A program made the translations under genes and the position numbers. DNA of 64,000 bases from assembly GCA_964016885.1 (NCBI GenBank), contig OZ024758.1, positions 24,986,001 through 25,050,000 of the forward strand, read 5' to 3'. Source of the DNA: Eledone cirrhosa. Its lineage: Eukaryota. The notes under the pieces were generated by a model that was not told the DNA's origin, made no database searches, and saw nothing but the letters and a program-made list of their open reading frames with translations. This document shows positions 27,529 through 40,276 of this stretch, in pieces (within the stretch, counting starts at the first letter, position 1; each line of letters begins with the position of its first letter).

Positions 27529-27790
27529 TATATATATATATATATATCTAAGGCGGGTAAAATTCCCGAGATCCATGGACGAGTCTCTCCAGCGGTCTCT
27601 GTCCCTCATTATCGCTGCCATGTCCTGCGTCTCCAACAGACCAGTGTCTGTCCTTAAGGCATCAACATACGTTAACCTTGGTCTTCCTCTTCTAGTGTGT
27701 CCATGTATATATATATAATTGGTGTTGGTTGCTTAAAGCGTCCGTATACGGTAGGCCGTATGAGCACTCGATGCTCTCATAGAGCAGAGT

Positions 27791-28116
27791 ATATCACAGA
27801 AAAAAAGAGAATCAGTGTTGCGACGAATGGAATTTATTGGACATATTACAATCGTTTCTCTGGCGACCAGCTCGAGACACGATCGATTTGATGATCGAAC
27901 CTGACTCTGAAAATTGAGAGGGCCTCAGATACGTCTTGATTCTACGAGGAAAATCTGCTTCGTGGAATCAAGACGCATCTGAGGACCTTGCGATTTTCAG
28001 AGTCAGGTTCGAACATCAAATCGATCTTGCCTCGAGCTGGTCGCCAGAGAAACGATTGTAATATGTCCAATAAATTCTATTCGTCGCAACACTGATTCTC
28101 TTTTTTTCTGTGATAT
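27791..28116. repeat. Imperfect long palindrome (~155 bp arms) abutting (TA)n
   Basis: atatcacagaaaaaaagagaatcagtgttgcgacg... mirrored by ...cgtcgcaacactgattctctttttttctgtgatat; near-identical peptides on opposite strands in the ORF track. Confidence 0.85.
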
Positions 28117-28133
28117 GTATATATATATATATA

Positions 28134-28194
<61 letters not shown>

Positions 28195-28285
28195 ATATGT
28201 ATATATATATGTATATGTTATTAGATAATGTTTGCAATAAATATATATATATATATATATATATATTGCAAACATTATCTAATAA

Positions 28286-28606
28286 GGGCGGTGGATTGGC
28301 AGTATCGGTAGAGGGTCGGACGCCATGCTTTCCAGCATAGTTACGTCCCTTTACGATCTGAGTTCAAATCCCGCCGAGGTTGACTTTACCTTTCATCCTT
28401 ACGGGGGTCGATAAAATAAAGTACCAGTAATGAACTGGGTAATTGCTGGCCTTGTGCCTAAAGTAGAAACAATTATCTAATAAGGCGGCGAATTGTGAGA
28501 GTTGTTAGAACGTCAGATAAAATGTTTTGCGGTATTCGATCTACTCTCTACAATCTGAGTTCAAATCCCGCCGAGGTCAACTTTGCCTGTCATCCATTCA
28601 AGGTCA
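28286..28606 (+). mobile_element. Two tandem Nin/Deu-like SINEs
   Basis: ggcggtggattggcagtatcggtagag head, B-box and conserved core. Confidence 0.75.
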
Positions 28607-28914
28607 AATAGTAGCGTCAATTTTCCTCCATATCTCTTTCTCACTTTCTATCTTTCTCTGGAATAAATCTGCTGTAGTCAGACCTGGAGAGGATTGAGCT
28701 GTGCCAGGTTTTTAAAAATGTCCTAGAAATGCTGTATGTCAATACAGCGCCCTCGCGACTTCTTCAGGCGTCATGGCACCATGCAAGCATGCATAAGTAA
28801 AGTAAAGTGAGATAATTTACTTCATATCAATTGCACTTAGTAGGTTATCACAACTACACAGTTGTGGTGATCTGCTGGGTGAAACTTGTATGACAGGCAA
28901 CGGCCATTCATTGA

Positions 28915-29255
28915 TGTGTGTGTGTGTGGTAGTTTGGTGTGTGTGTGTGTGTGTGTGTGTGCGTGTGGTAGTTTGCTGCGTGTATGTGTGTGTGTGTGTG
29001 TGGTAGTTTGCTGCGTGTGTGTGTGTGTGTGTGTGTGTGTGGTACTTTGCTGTGTGTATGTGTGTGTGTGTGGTAGTTTGGTGTGTGTGTGTGTGTGTGC
29101 GTGTGGTAGTTTGCTGCGTGTATGTGCGTGTGTGTGTGTGGTAGTTTGCTGCGTGTGTGTGTGGTAGTTTGCTGCGTGTGTGTGTGTGTGTGGTAGTTTG
29201 CTGTGTGTATGTGTGTGTGTGTGGTAGTTTGGTGTGTGTGGTAGTTTGCTGTGTG

Positions 29256-29290
<35 letters not shown>

Positions 29291-30650
29291 AGCAGTTTGC
29301 TGTGTGTGTGTGTGTGGTAGTTTACTGTGTGTATGTGTGTGTGTGGTAGTTTGCTGTGTGTGGGTGTGTGTGGTAGTTTGCTGTGTGTATATGTGTGCGT
29401 GTGTGTGTAGCAGTTTGCTGTGTGTGTGTGTGTGTGTGGTAGTTTGCTGTGTGTATGTGTGTGTGTGGTAGTTTGCTGTGTGTATGTGTGTGTGTGTGTG
29501 GGTGTGTGTGTGGTAGTTTGCTGTATGTGTGTGTGTGGTAGTTTGCTGTGTGTGGGTGGGTGTGTGTGTATGTATGTGGTAGTTTGCTGTGTGTGTGTGG
29601 TAGTTTGCTGTGTGTGTGTATATGAAATGATATCGTTAAGACCCTCTTCCTGCTTTTCAGGCGTTAAACTAATATATTCCCTCCATATACTGCACTGATT
29701 GTGTTGTTATTTCTGTTTACCTTTTACATATATACATACATATATAAATGTATAAATATATACATGCATACATATATAAATATATACATGCATACATATA
29801 TAAATATATACATGCATACATATATAAATATATACATGCATACATATATATATATATACATGCGTACATATATAAATATAATATATACATGCATACATAT
29901 ATATATATATACATGCGTACATATATAAATATATACATGCATACATATATAAATATATACATGCATACATATATAAATATATACATGCATACATATATAA
30001 ATATATACGTGCATACATATATAAATATATACGTGCATACATATATATATATATATACGTGCATACATATATATATATATATACATGCATACATATATAT
30101 ATATATATACATGCATACATATAAAAATATATACATGCATACATATAAAAATATATACATGCATACATACATATATATACATGCATACATATATATATAT
30201 ACATGCATACATATATATATATACATGCATACATACATACATATATATACATGCATACATATATATATATACATGCATACATACATACATATATATACAT
30301 GCATACATACATATATATACATGCATACATACATATATATACATGCATACATACATATATATACATGCATACATACATATATATACATGCATACATATAT
30401 ATATACATGCATACATATATATATACATGCATACATACATAAATAAATATATACATGCATACATAAATATATACATGCATACATATATATATTCATGCAT
30501 ACATATATATATTCATGCATATATATATATACATGCATATATATATATACATGCATATATATATATATATTCATGCATATATATATACATGCATATATAT
30601 ATACATGCATATATATATATATATATATACATGCATACATAAATTTATAC
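28915..30650. repeat. Composite microsatellites: GTAGTTTGCT+(GT)n, then ATACATGCATAC+(AT)n
   Basis: Directly visible periodic units. Confidence 0.9.
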
Positions 30651-30693
30651 ATACATATATATAAACATATATATTAGGAACACGCTGTATTTA

Positions 30694-30727
<34 letters not shown>

Positions 30728-31609
30728 CTAACATTCGTAACATACATACCTACACTTATGCATTTATTTTCTTCGTTCTTTTTTGTTTATAAAGCAGCTG
30801 TTATTCAATTTCGCCATCTTATTGCATTTATAAGGCTTCCCATTTATCCATTTCACTCATTTCCGACGTTAAAACTTCCCCTTTCCAATTCTATATCATG
30901 CAGTAAACAGCAAATTTAAATTCAGTTGCAAAACTTAGGTTGAATAAAATCTTTTCCTGTCTACATAAACAGCCATATAGACTCGATAGCTTTTAACATT
31001 TCTGGGTGAATTAAGAATCTAAGCAAGGTTAGTATGTTGTTGTTTGGTATTTAGTTGGAAATATTTAAAGAATGCTGTGGGACCAACATATACTTTACTG
31101 ATTAAGGAAATGCCAAATAATTATTAGTCTGTGACTAATTTAGTTTTTCGAAATACATATATCGAGAAGTGCAGACCTGCCAACCTCTAAAAACCCAAAC
31201 GGGGGAGTACCATGAAAGAAAGGGGCCCAAAACGGGGAGAAATGAGGCAAAATGGGGAGATTTTACATAATGAAAGACGTACCTATTTTCCTAAGAGAAG
31301 ACAGCTCTCAGCCACCCCAAAGTGGGTGGAAGATCGCCCTGTCGGATGGGGAGAATTGACAAGTCTGTCTTTATATTTCGATTCGTATGTGTGTGTTGAT
31401 AGGAGCCCCCCTATAAATCCTGATAGGATTAACAACTGATTCTGACCCCATTATAAATTTTAATGTCTCTATGTGTTTTTTCTATATTTCTGTTCATTAT
31501 CTAACTCGAAAACGTTGTCCGCCATTTATCAGATCCTCATCAAAAACAATTTCATGATTTGCTGATGAACCTCTTCTTCTTCGCCCACTTATTCCTGAGA
31601 GGATGACAA

Positions 31610-33150
31610 GTAAAGTTAACCTCGGGCGGGATTTGAACTGAGAACCTAAAAGGGACGTAACTATATGCCGCAAAGTATGTTGTCCGACCCTCGACCGATA
31701 TTGCCAATCCACCGCCTTTTCATATAAAATAATTGTTTCTACTTTTAGCACAAGGTCAGCAATTATCCCAGCGTATTACTGGTACTTTATTTTATCGACC
31801 CCCCCCGTAAGAATGAAAGGCAAAGTTAACCTCGGCGGGATTTGAACTCAGATCATAAAGGGCCGTAACTCTTTGCTGCAAAGCATGGCGTCCGACCCTC
31901 TACCGATACTGCCAATATAATATAATGAGTACGAATGTAGACAGAGCATAGTTGAATGGTTAAGAAGGGAGCTTCGCAATCACGTGGTTTCTGATCCTAC
32001 TGTGTAGCATCTTGCACAAGTCTTCTTCTTCGCCCATTTATTCCTGAGAGGGTCGTATGGGTGCAGAGTCCTCAAACACTCCTTCCAGCGGGTCACGTCA
32101 GAAGCAACCGTCTCCAGCTAATCCGGCTGGATCCCCCAAGCGATACCAGCCAAGATCATGGATGTTATCCAACTATCTTGCTCACGGTCTACCCCTGGGT
32201 CTCCTGCCCGTTGGTTTTGCCCGTAAAATCTGTCCAGCGATTCTTTCCTGATGAACATAATCACCAAAATCGATTTCCTAATCTATCGATCCACACTCAT
32301 CAAAATCTTTAACAACGGCGATGTCTGTGATCCAGATTTTTCTCTATTTAAGACACTCAATAATTAACTTGGTATTTCTTCAGCATTTCTTTTATTAGCG
32401 TTCATTTTTATAAATACCAGATATTTAGTTGTTAAACGATCCTCATATTTCAGTTAGGGAGCAGTAAACAAGTTGACAAAGGTCCCTCACTGCATCCTCT
32501 TCTGTACCTTACAATCAAATGACTTACCTTTACATCCTTGCTGTATCAAGAAATGCCGTCTTCTGTATGACCTGTAAACCTTGCATCAATTCTGATTCTA
32601 TTTTCACAGTTCTCTACTATTATTATTAAGAGTTCAAATCCCGCCGAGGTTAACTTTGCCTTTCATCCTTACGGGGTCGATAAAATAAAGTACCAGTAAT
32701 GCACTGGGAATTTGCTGGCCCTGTGCCTAAAGTAGAAACAATTATTATTAATCCCGCGGTGATTTGGCAGTATAGGTAGAGGGTTGGACGCCATGCTTTC
32801 TAGCATAGTTACGTCCTGAGTTCAAATACGATCTGAGTTCAAATCCCGTCGAGGTTAACTTTGCCTTTCATCCTTACGGGGTCGATAAAATAAAGTACCA
32901 GTAATGCACTGGGTAATTGCTGGCCTTGTGCCAAAAGTAGAAACAATTATTATTATTTGAAACGGTGGATTGGCAGAATCGGTACAGCGTCAGACACCAT
33001 GGTTTGCAGCATAGAGTTATGGCTCTTTATGTCCTGCGTTCAAATCCTGTCAAGGTTAGCTTTACCCTTTTCATCCTTACGGGTTCGATAAAATAAAGTA
33101 CCAGTAATACACTGGGATAATTGCTGGCCTTGTACCAAAAGTAGAAACAT
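31610..33150. mobile_element. Dense cluster of Nin/Deu-like SINEs (minus 31610-31915, plus 32629-33150)
   Basis: Same family; further copies at ~34945-35145, 35623-35962, 41140-41295 and 52688-52876. Confidence 0.7.
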
Positions 33151-33731
33151 TTATTGTTATTTGAAATTTCTTTTGAATTCTGCTTCTTTCCCATATCTTG
33201 CCGTTTGTCAACCTGACACCTGAGGTAAAAGTGGATAATTCACACATTTTACAATCAATTGTCATACAAATGTTGCCATAAGGGATAAACAACAGTTTTT
33301 AAATTGATATTACTACTACTACTACTATTACTACTACTGATATAACATTAAAAGAAAATAATTGTTTATTTATAACATTTTTTCTTCCTTTGTTCGGTCT
33401 TCAAAATGCTAAAGAGCGAAAAGAATTGTAAACAAAAAGTTAATTTTGTTTGTGTTTCTTCGCCTTAGAGATAAATAAATTTCTTGTGAAACCAAAATTG
33501 AACTGAAGGTACCGATAATTAATTCAACTGCCCAGCCCATGGCACCAATTGTTTTTACTAATTCCAGGTAGTCACCTGTGGCCATACTGTGTGACATTTT
33601 CGACACACAGACACATACCAATAATTCAATATTTGTTTTAAATATTTGAATTTAAAAAAAGGTATGTAAAAATTGTCCAGTAAAAATAAATTTAACTTTT
33701 TTTTTTTTTTATACATTGCAGTTGATAAGTA

Positions 33732-34108
33732 CGAGGGTCGGTTGAAAAGTTCATATGTTGACTATGAAGGAGTGATGCTAGTGCTGTGAAATCTTGCATG
33801 CATTAATTTCAACTCTTATGGATTGGCAGTATCGGTAGAGCGTCGGACGCCAAGCTTTGCAGCATAGAACTACGGCCCTTTACGGTCCGAGTTCAAATTC
33901 CACCGAGGTTAACTTTGCGTTTCATCCTTACGGGGGTCGATAAAATAAAGTACCAGTAATGCACTGGGTAATTGCTGGCCTTGTGCCAAAAGTAGAAACA
34001 ATTATTAATATCTAGATTGTTTCTTTCTAGGTACTATGTTGAAAAATAAACCATTTGGTCATTCCATGAGAGTATCTTGGTCTGCCTGAACTTTTCAGTC
34101 TACCCTCA
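33732..34108. mobile_element. Mariner-like MITE interrupted by a SINE (33820-34006)
   Basis: TA|CGAGGGTCGGTTGAAAAGTTC ... GAACTTTTCAGTCTACCCTCA|TA; uninterrupted copy in opposite orientation at 40447-40645. Confidence 0.75.
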
Positions 34109-34377
34109 TAGATTGACAACTTAACACCCACCGTTAACATTATAATTAATTTTGTGTAACATTTTTTAAAATATTTGAGAATTAACTGAGATTAATTCAT
34201 AATTTGTTTTTCTATTGAATCTATATCAAGTATATATTTATTTCAAGTAAATAAAAAATACTAATTCATGTTTTTCGTTCTAAATAACAAAGGACACAAT
34301 TTATAATTTATACCCGTGTATCCTAGAATATATAGCATCAACAACCTTGTACCGTCCATATTAAATCATTCGTTATA

Positions 34378-34537
34378 CAGGGTGTACCCCCAAAATATAT
34401 ACAAACTTCCCCAAAGAATATATACAAACTTCAACAGCATTCTAATAAATATTGCCTGTGTGTATTAAAATTTCGTTATACTGAAAAATTCGTTATAACG
34501 GAATTTTACCTGTATACATTTTTGGGGGGGCACCTTG
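34378..34537. mobile_element. Tc1-like MITE
   Basis: TA|CAGGGTGTACCCCCAAAA ... TTTTGGGGGGGCACCTTG|TA. Confidence 0.6.
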
Positions 34538-36055
34538 TATTTTCTAACCGACTATATGTTTCTGTTAATGGCTTAAACTAGAATTTAGTTTCCGAAGTGA
34601 AGGAACGAAAATCCTTGCCTGATATGTTGCCGCCACTTTAAGACGGAGGTAAGGATAGTTATAAAACGGAACTTACCTGTTTAAACATATACCTGTAGGT
34701 AGATTTTAGTTTCAGCAGCTGTGCTATTAACAGTCACAACTTGAAAACATCCAATAACTATTTAGAAAGTTTGTTCAGTAACGGATGACCTCTCTTATAT
34801 ACAAATATATACACCAGGTCCGAACACAAAATAACCGAACTCCCTGTCACCATTTCTCCAGCTGCACCTCACAAGAGAACCAGACTCTTACTGTCACTGC
34901 CTCCGTCTCTTCCGCTCTCCCCATCTCTCACTATTGTGAGCAAAGGGCGGTGAATTGGCAGTATCGGTAGAGGGTAGGACGCCATGCTTTCCAGCATAAT
35001 TACGTCCCTTTACGGTCTGAGTTCAAATCCCGTCGAGGTTAACTTTGCCTTTCATCCTTACAGGGGGGGGGGGGTCGATAAAATAAAGTATCAGTAATGT
35101 ACTGAGGTAATTGCTGGCCCCTTGTGCCAAAAGTAGAAACACCTATTGTGAGCAAATGAAGGTCCACGCGCTGGCCGTCCCGCAGCCCCTGCGGACAGAA
35201 TAGAGGTGAGGACGGTAAGGGAGAAGCGCTGGAATAGCTATTGTAGCTCACGAGGCTGTGTTATTATTACATATTTCATTCTATCAACTGAGCAGTAAAT
35301 ATTTTTTCCCCCCGAGTTTCTGATGAGATGCAAATGACGTTTTCGATCTACGACTTGTTATTGGAACACGATAGCAACTCTTTAATCACTTCTTCACGCA
35401 TTCAAATATTAAACTTAAACACTTTAACTGGATTTTATAAAGTTTTGCACACAAATGTCTACAGACAATATATTGTGAACATGTCTTTTGTATATTTATG
35501 AAAAAAAAAAAAAAAAAATGAAAATAAAATGCTTTAATAAATTTAAATTTTTCTGTTGTAAATACTTACCGAGTGTATAACTGTGTTTAGTGTATACGTG
35601 GTTATATTGTTATCATTATTGTTGGACACCATGCTTTGCAGCATAGAGTTATGGCCCTTTACGTTCTGGGTTCAAATCCCGCCGAGGCTAACTTTGCCTT
35701 TCATCCTTACGGGGGTCGATAAAATAAAGTACCAGTAATGCACTGGGATAATTGCTGCTGGCCTTGTGCCAAAAATAGAAACAATTATTATTGTTGTTGT
35801 TATTGTTATTGCTTCTGGATTGCTCGTAAGAGTCGCTAATTCAATTATTTGATATCGAGATAAAGTCAGAAAAATAAAGTACCAGTAACGCTCTGGGTCG
35901 ATTTAATTGACTTTCCTCTCTCCCAAAATTCTTTGCCTTGTGCCTAAATCAGAAATCATTATCATATGAAAAGGCAGAAGCACCATAATTTCCTATTTCT
36001 AACGTGTTAAAAGAAAGCAGTATTATATTAAATGTTTGAGGGATTGAAACAAGCT

Positions 36056-36448
36056 AAATCTGAGAAGTAACATTGTTTCACATTTCCTTGAACTATGTTT
36101 TAATATAGAACAAAATGTCACATTGATCTTTTAGTTCAAATCTGAGAAGTAACATTGCTTCACATTTCCTTGAACTATGTTTTAATATAGAACAACATGT
36201 CACATTGATCTTTTAGTTCAAATCTGAGAAGTAACATTGCTTCACATTTCCTTGAACTATGTTTTAATATAGAACAAAATGTCACATTGATCTTTTAGTT
36301 CAAATCTGAGAAGTAACATTGTTTCACATTTCCTTGAACTATGTTTTAATATAGAACAAAATGTCACATTGATCTTTTAGTTCAAATCTGAGAAGTAACA
36401 TTGCTTCCCATTTCCTTGATCAATGTTTTAGCATAGAAGAAAATGTTT
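36056..36448. repeat. 82 bp tandem repeat, ~4.8 copies
   Basis: Units start at 36056, 36138, 36220, 36302 and 36384. Confidence 0.92.
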
Positions 36449-37177
36449 CACAGACACACACTCACACTGAAAGTCATATCTAATGAGCAGTAGCTAATCT
36501 CACATATAACTGCCCATTATTGTACTTTATTCACAGTATAAAGGGTTTTTATTCAAATGTGCTTTGAGTTCAAATCTTGTCGAAGTCAACTTTGTCTTTC
36601 ATAAAATAAAATACCACACTAAGACAATGGGTTTGTGAAATTGTCAGAGCATTAAACAAGGTACCTTGCAGTATTTTCTCCAGCTCTCTGTATTCAGAGT
36701 TCTTGAGTTGCAGATTTAATTAATTGATCCCCAGGTGTAACACCACCACCTAGTACCTGGGTGTCTCTAGTGGGATTTACCTTATTGTAAGTATTTGAGC
36801 CATGTCTCTCGTTTAAAGATATCTTCCCTCCCACCCTCTAGCCTATCCTGAATCATCATCATCAAATTTTAGCGTCCATTTTTCCATGCTTGCATGATTT
36901 AGACGGGTTGTCCAAGCTGGAAGGCTACGCTACGCCTTGCTCCGATGAGGACTGTAAATTTGGCTGGGTATTTTACAGCTGGATGCCCTTCCTAACACCA
37001 ACCACATTTACAGTGTGGATACTCTGAAAAAAAATGAATAAACAGCTATGGGTAGTTCCCTCTCTGACTAGATAGTTAAAGATTATAGATAAACTAAGTT
37101 ATCAATTGATTCCTATTACAAAGACAGAATTTCCAGTTTGATCTGTGTTGCACCATCTTCACTGAAATATAATTTAA

Positions 37178-37385
37178 CCCTTTAGCATTTGAACCTGCCA
37201 TATCCAGCAAGAATTATCTCATCTCTTTCTGTTCAAACCGGCCGTAACTGGCCACTCATACTGATGTTAACGTATTACTCTCAAAATAAATAATATCAAA
37301 ATCTCATAGCTTCGATATTATGTGAGATAAGGACTTTACCATGGAAATATAATAGTAAATATAGAGTAATGTAAATGCTAAAGGG
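37178..37385. mobile_element. piggyBac-like MITE (TTAA target)
   Basis: TTAA|CCCTTTAGCATTT ... AAATGCTAAAGGG|TTAA; copies at 39482-40276, 51891-52101, 53107-53317, 56045-56262 and 56885-57105. Confidence 0.85.
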
Positions 37386-38174
37386 TTAAAAAAAAAAGGG
37401 ATAAAAAGAAGAAAAATAAAATAAAATAAAACTGACTAAAGAAATAGTGTTTTAAAAATGTTCATTTATTACAAACATTGCTTTATTACCTGACTAAGTG
37501 ATTGGGAAACCAACCAGATGTCTGAATCAATAAGAGAATAACGCGATGAAGGTGGGGGAAAGGGAAGAGGTTAGAAGTCAGAAAGACTTGTCAGGCAGAT
37601 GACAAGGACACGAAAAAAATAAAATAATAATAATAATAATTAAAATAAACCGAAATCCTAATTTTTGAGAAAAAAAAAATCCGATGGAAATAGTTGCCAA
37701 AAAAGGATTTATTAAGCGAAATGTTTAATGAAAACTGTCACCAGCTCTTGGCTGAGGAATAAAAATTGACGTTAGATGAGATCATAGCTAGGTCATTTAG
37801 CTATAAGTGTTTACAAAGACCTCTTGAGTCCAGAGAAAATAATCTTGCCAGCAAGGAGGTTTCTTTCTTTTTTTTTTTTTCTTTTTTAATTTCTTTTTTT
37901 TTTTTTTTTTGCTTCAGCTCCCCGATTTCCACTGCCCCGATAATGTATTATTAAACAGAATATAATGACAAGCGTGGAGGTAGTAAAGAAGGAATATCTT
38001 CTTTGTTTCTTTTTCTCAAATGTTTTCCTTAATAACAGAACTAAACAAAAACAGTGTTTTGGTTTATGTAGGTGTAGGGGGAGAGAAAATAAAACCCAGA
38101 AAAACAAACAAAACAGTGGCTCCCTCTATTGGCAGGGGAAAGATTGAATGAAAAGAGAAATAATGTGGCTATTG

Positions 38175-38209
<35 letters not shown>

Positions 38210-38422
38210 TATATATATTATATATACATATTATATATACACATATATATATATGCACATATATAATATACACACATATATATGTATATATATATATTTA
38301 TATATACATATATATATATTTATATATACATATATATATATTTATATATACATATTTATATATACATATATATATATTTATATATACATATTTATATATG
38401 CATATATATATATATATATATA

Positions 38423-38469
<47 letters not shown>

Positions 38470-38639
38470 GCATATATATATATATATATATATTATATAT
38501 GCATATATATATATATATTTATATATGCATATATATATATATATATATGCATATATATATATATATTTATATATGCATATATATATTTATATTTATATAT
38601 GCATATATATATTTATATATGAATATATATATTTATATA

Positions 38640-38677
<38 letters not shown>

Positions 38678-39086
38678 TATATATATATATATATTTATAT
38701 ATGCATATATATATTTATATATGCATATATATATATATTTATATATGCATATATATATATATATTTATATATGCATATATATATATATATATATTTATAT
38801 ATGCACATATATATATATATATATGCATATATATATATATATATATATATATGCATATATATATATATATATGCATATATATATATATATGCATATATAT
38901 ATATATATATGCATATATATATTTATATATGCATATATATATTTATATATGCATATATATATATATTTATATATGCATATATATATATATATGCATATAT
39001 ATATTTATATATGCATATATATATTTATATATGCATATATATATATATATACACACACACACATATATATATACACAAACACACGC

Positions 39087-39122
<36 letters not shown>

Positions 39123-39481
39123 ATACTCACACACATACACGTAGATGTAACAGTGTGTGAGATTATTTTCTCCTAAAAATGATTAAGAAATGCCTCAACA
39201 CCACGAGACAGCCTCATATATTTAATACCGGTTGAACAATAGAAGCTACATTCTAACTGCCATGGCCGTCTTTTTCATAAGCTCTATTGATAACTTAACG
39301 TCACAGTTTACTAAATCACCAGTAAAAGCCATAGTCGTTTCAACAATGCGTCGACAAACCAGAAATATAACAAGAACAAAGTATAATACACAATATAGAA
39401 GTTAGGTGTGTTGGATAAGTTCAGCTATAAACCGAAATAACAGTTAAAACTTTTCTTATTTCTAATTTACAAGTTGATTAA

Positions 39482-40276
39482 CCCTTTAGCATTTAAACTG
39501 GTCATATCCAGCCAGAATTCTCCCACCCCTCTGTTTAAACCAGTCAGAATTCTCTCACCCCTTTCTGTTTAAACCAGCCAGAATTCTCTCACCCCTTACT
39601 GTTTAAACCAGCCAGAATTCTCTCACCCCTTTCTGTTTAAACCAGCCAGAATTCTCTCACCCCTTTCTGTTTAAACCAGCCAAAATTCTCTCACCCCTTT
39701 CTGTTTAAACCAGCCAGAATTCTCTCACCCCTTTCTGTTCAAACTGGCCAGAATTCTCTCACCCCTTTCTGTTTAAACCAGCCAGAATTCTCTCACCCGT
39801 TTCTGTTTAAACCAGCCAAAATTCTCTCACCCCTTTCTGTTTAAACCAGCCAGAATTCTCTCACCCCTTACTGTTTAAACCAGCCAGAATTCTCTCACCC
39901 CTTTCTGTTTAAACCAGCCAGAATTCTCTCACCCCTTTCTGTTTAAACCAGCCAGAATTCTCTCACCTCTTTCTGTTCAAACTGGTCAGAATTCTCTCAC
40001 CTCTTTCTGTTCAAACTGGTCAGAATTCTCTCACCCCTTTCTGTTCAAACTGGCTGTATCCGGCTAGAATTCTTTCACCTCTTTCTGTTCAAACTGGCCA
40101 TAATTCTCTCACCTCTTTCTGTTTAAATCAGCTGTATTTGGCCACTAATACCAACATTAAGGTATTGTTCTTAAAATAAACAACATCAAAATCTCAGATA
40201 TTTGATATTATGTGAGATAAAAGACTCTACTGTCAAAATACAATTGTAAATATAGAATATTGTAAATGCTAAAGGG
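39482..40276. mobile_element. piggyBac-like MITE expanded by an internal 34 bp tandem array
   Basis: About 18 copies of ccagaattctctcacccctttctgtttaaaccag between the termini. Confidence 0.85.

Noticed and set aside
32527-32610. Minus-strand coding exon
   Set aside because: Stops in the longer frames; VIQKTAFLDTARM resembles a non-LTR retrotransposon C-terminal relic.
35320-35350. Hammerhead at CTGATGA
   Set aside because: No GAAA after a stem II. CTGANGA hits near 9051, 9125, 13007, 31562 and 32248 also lack the fold.
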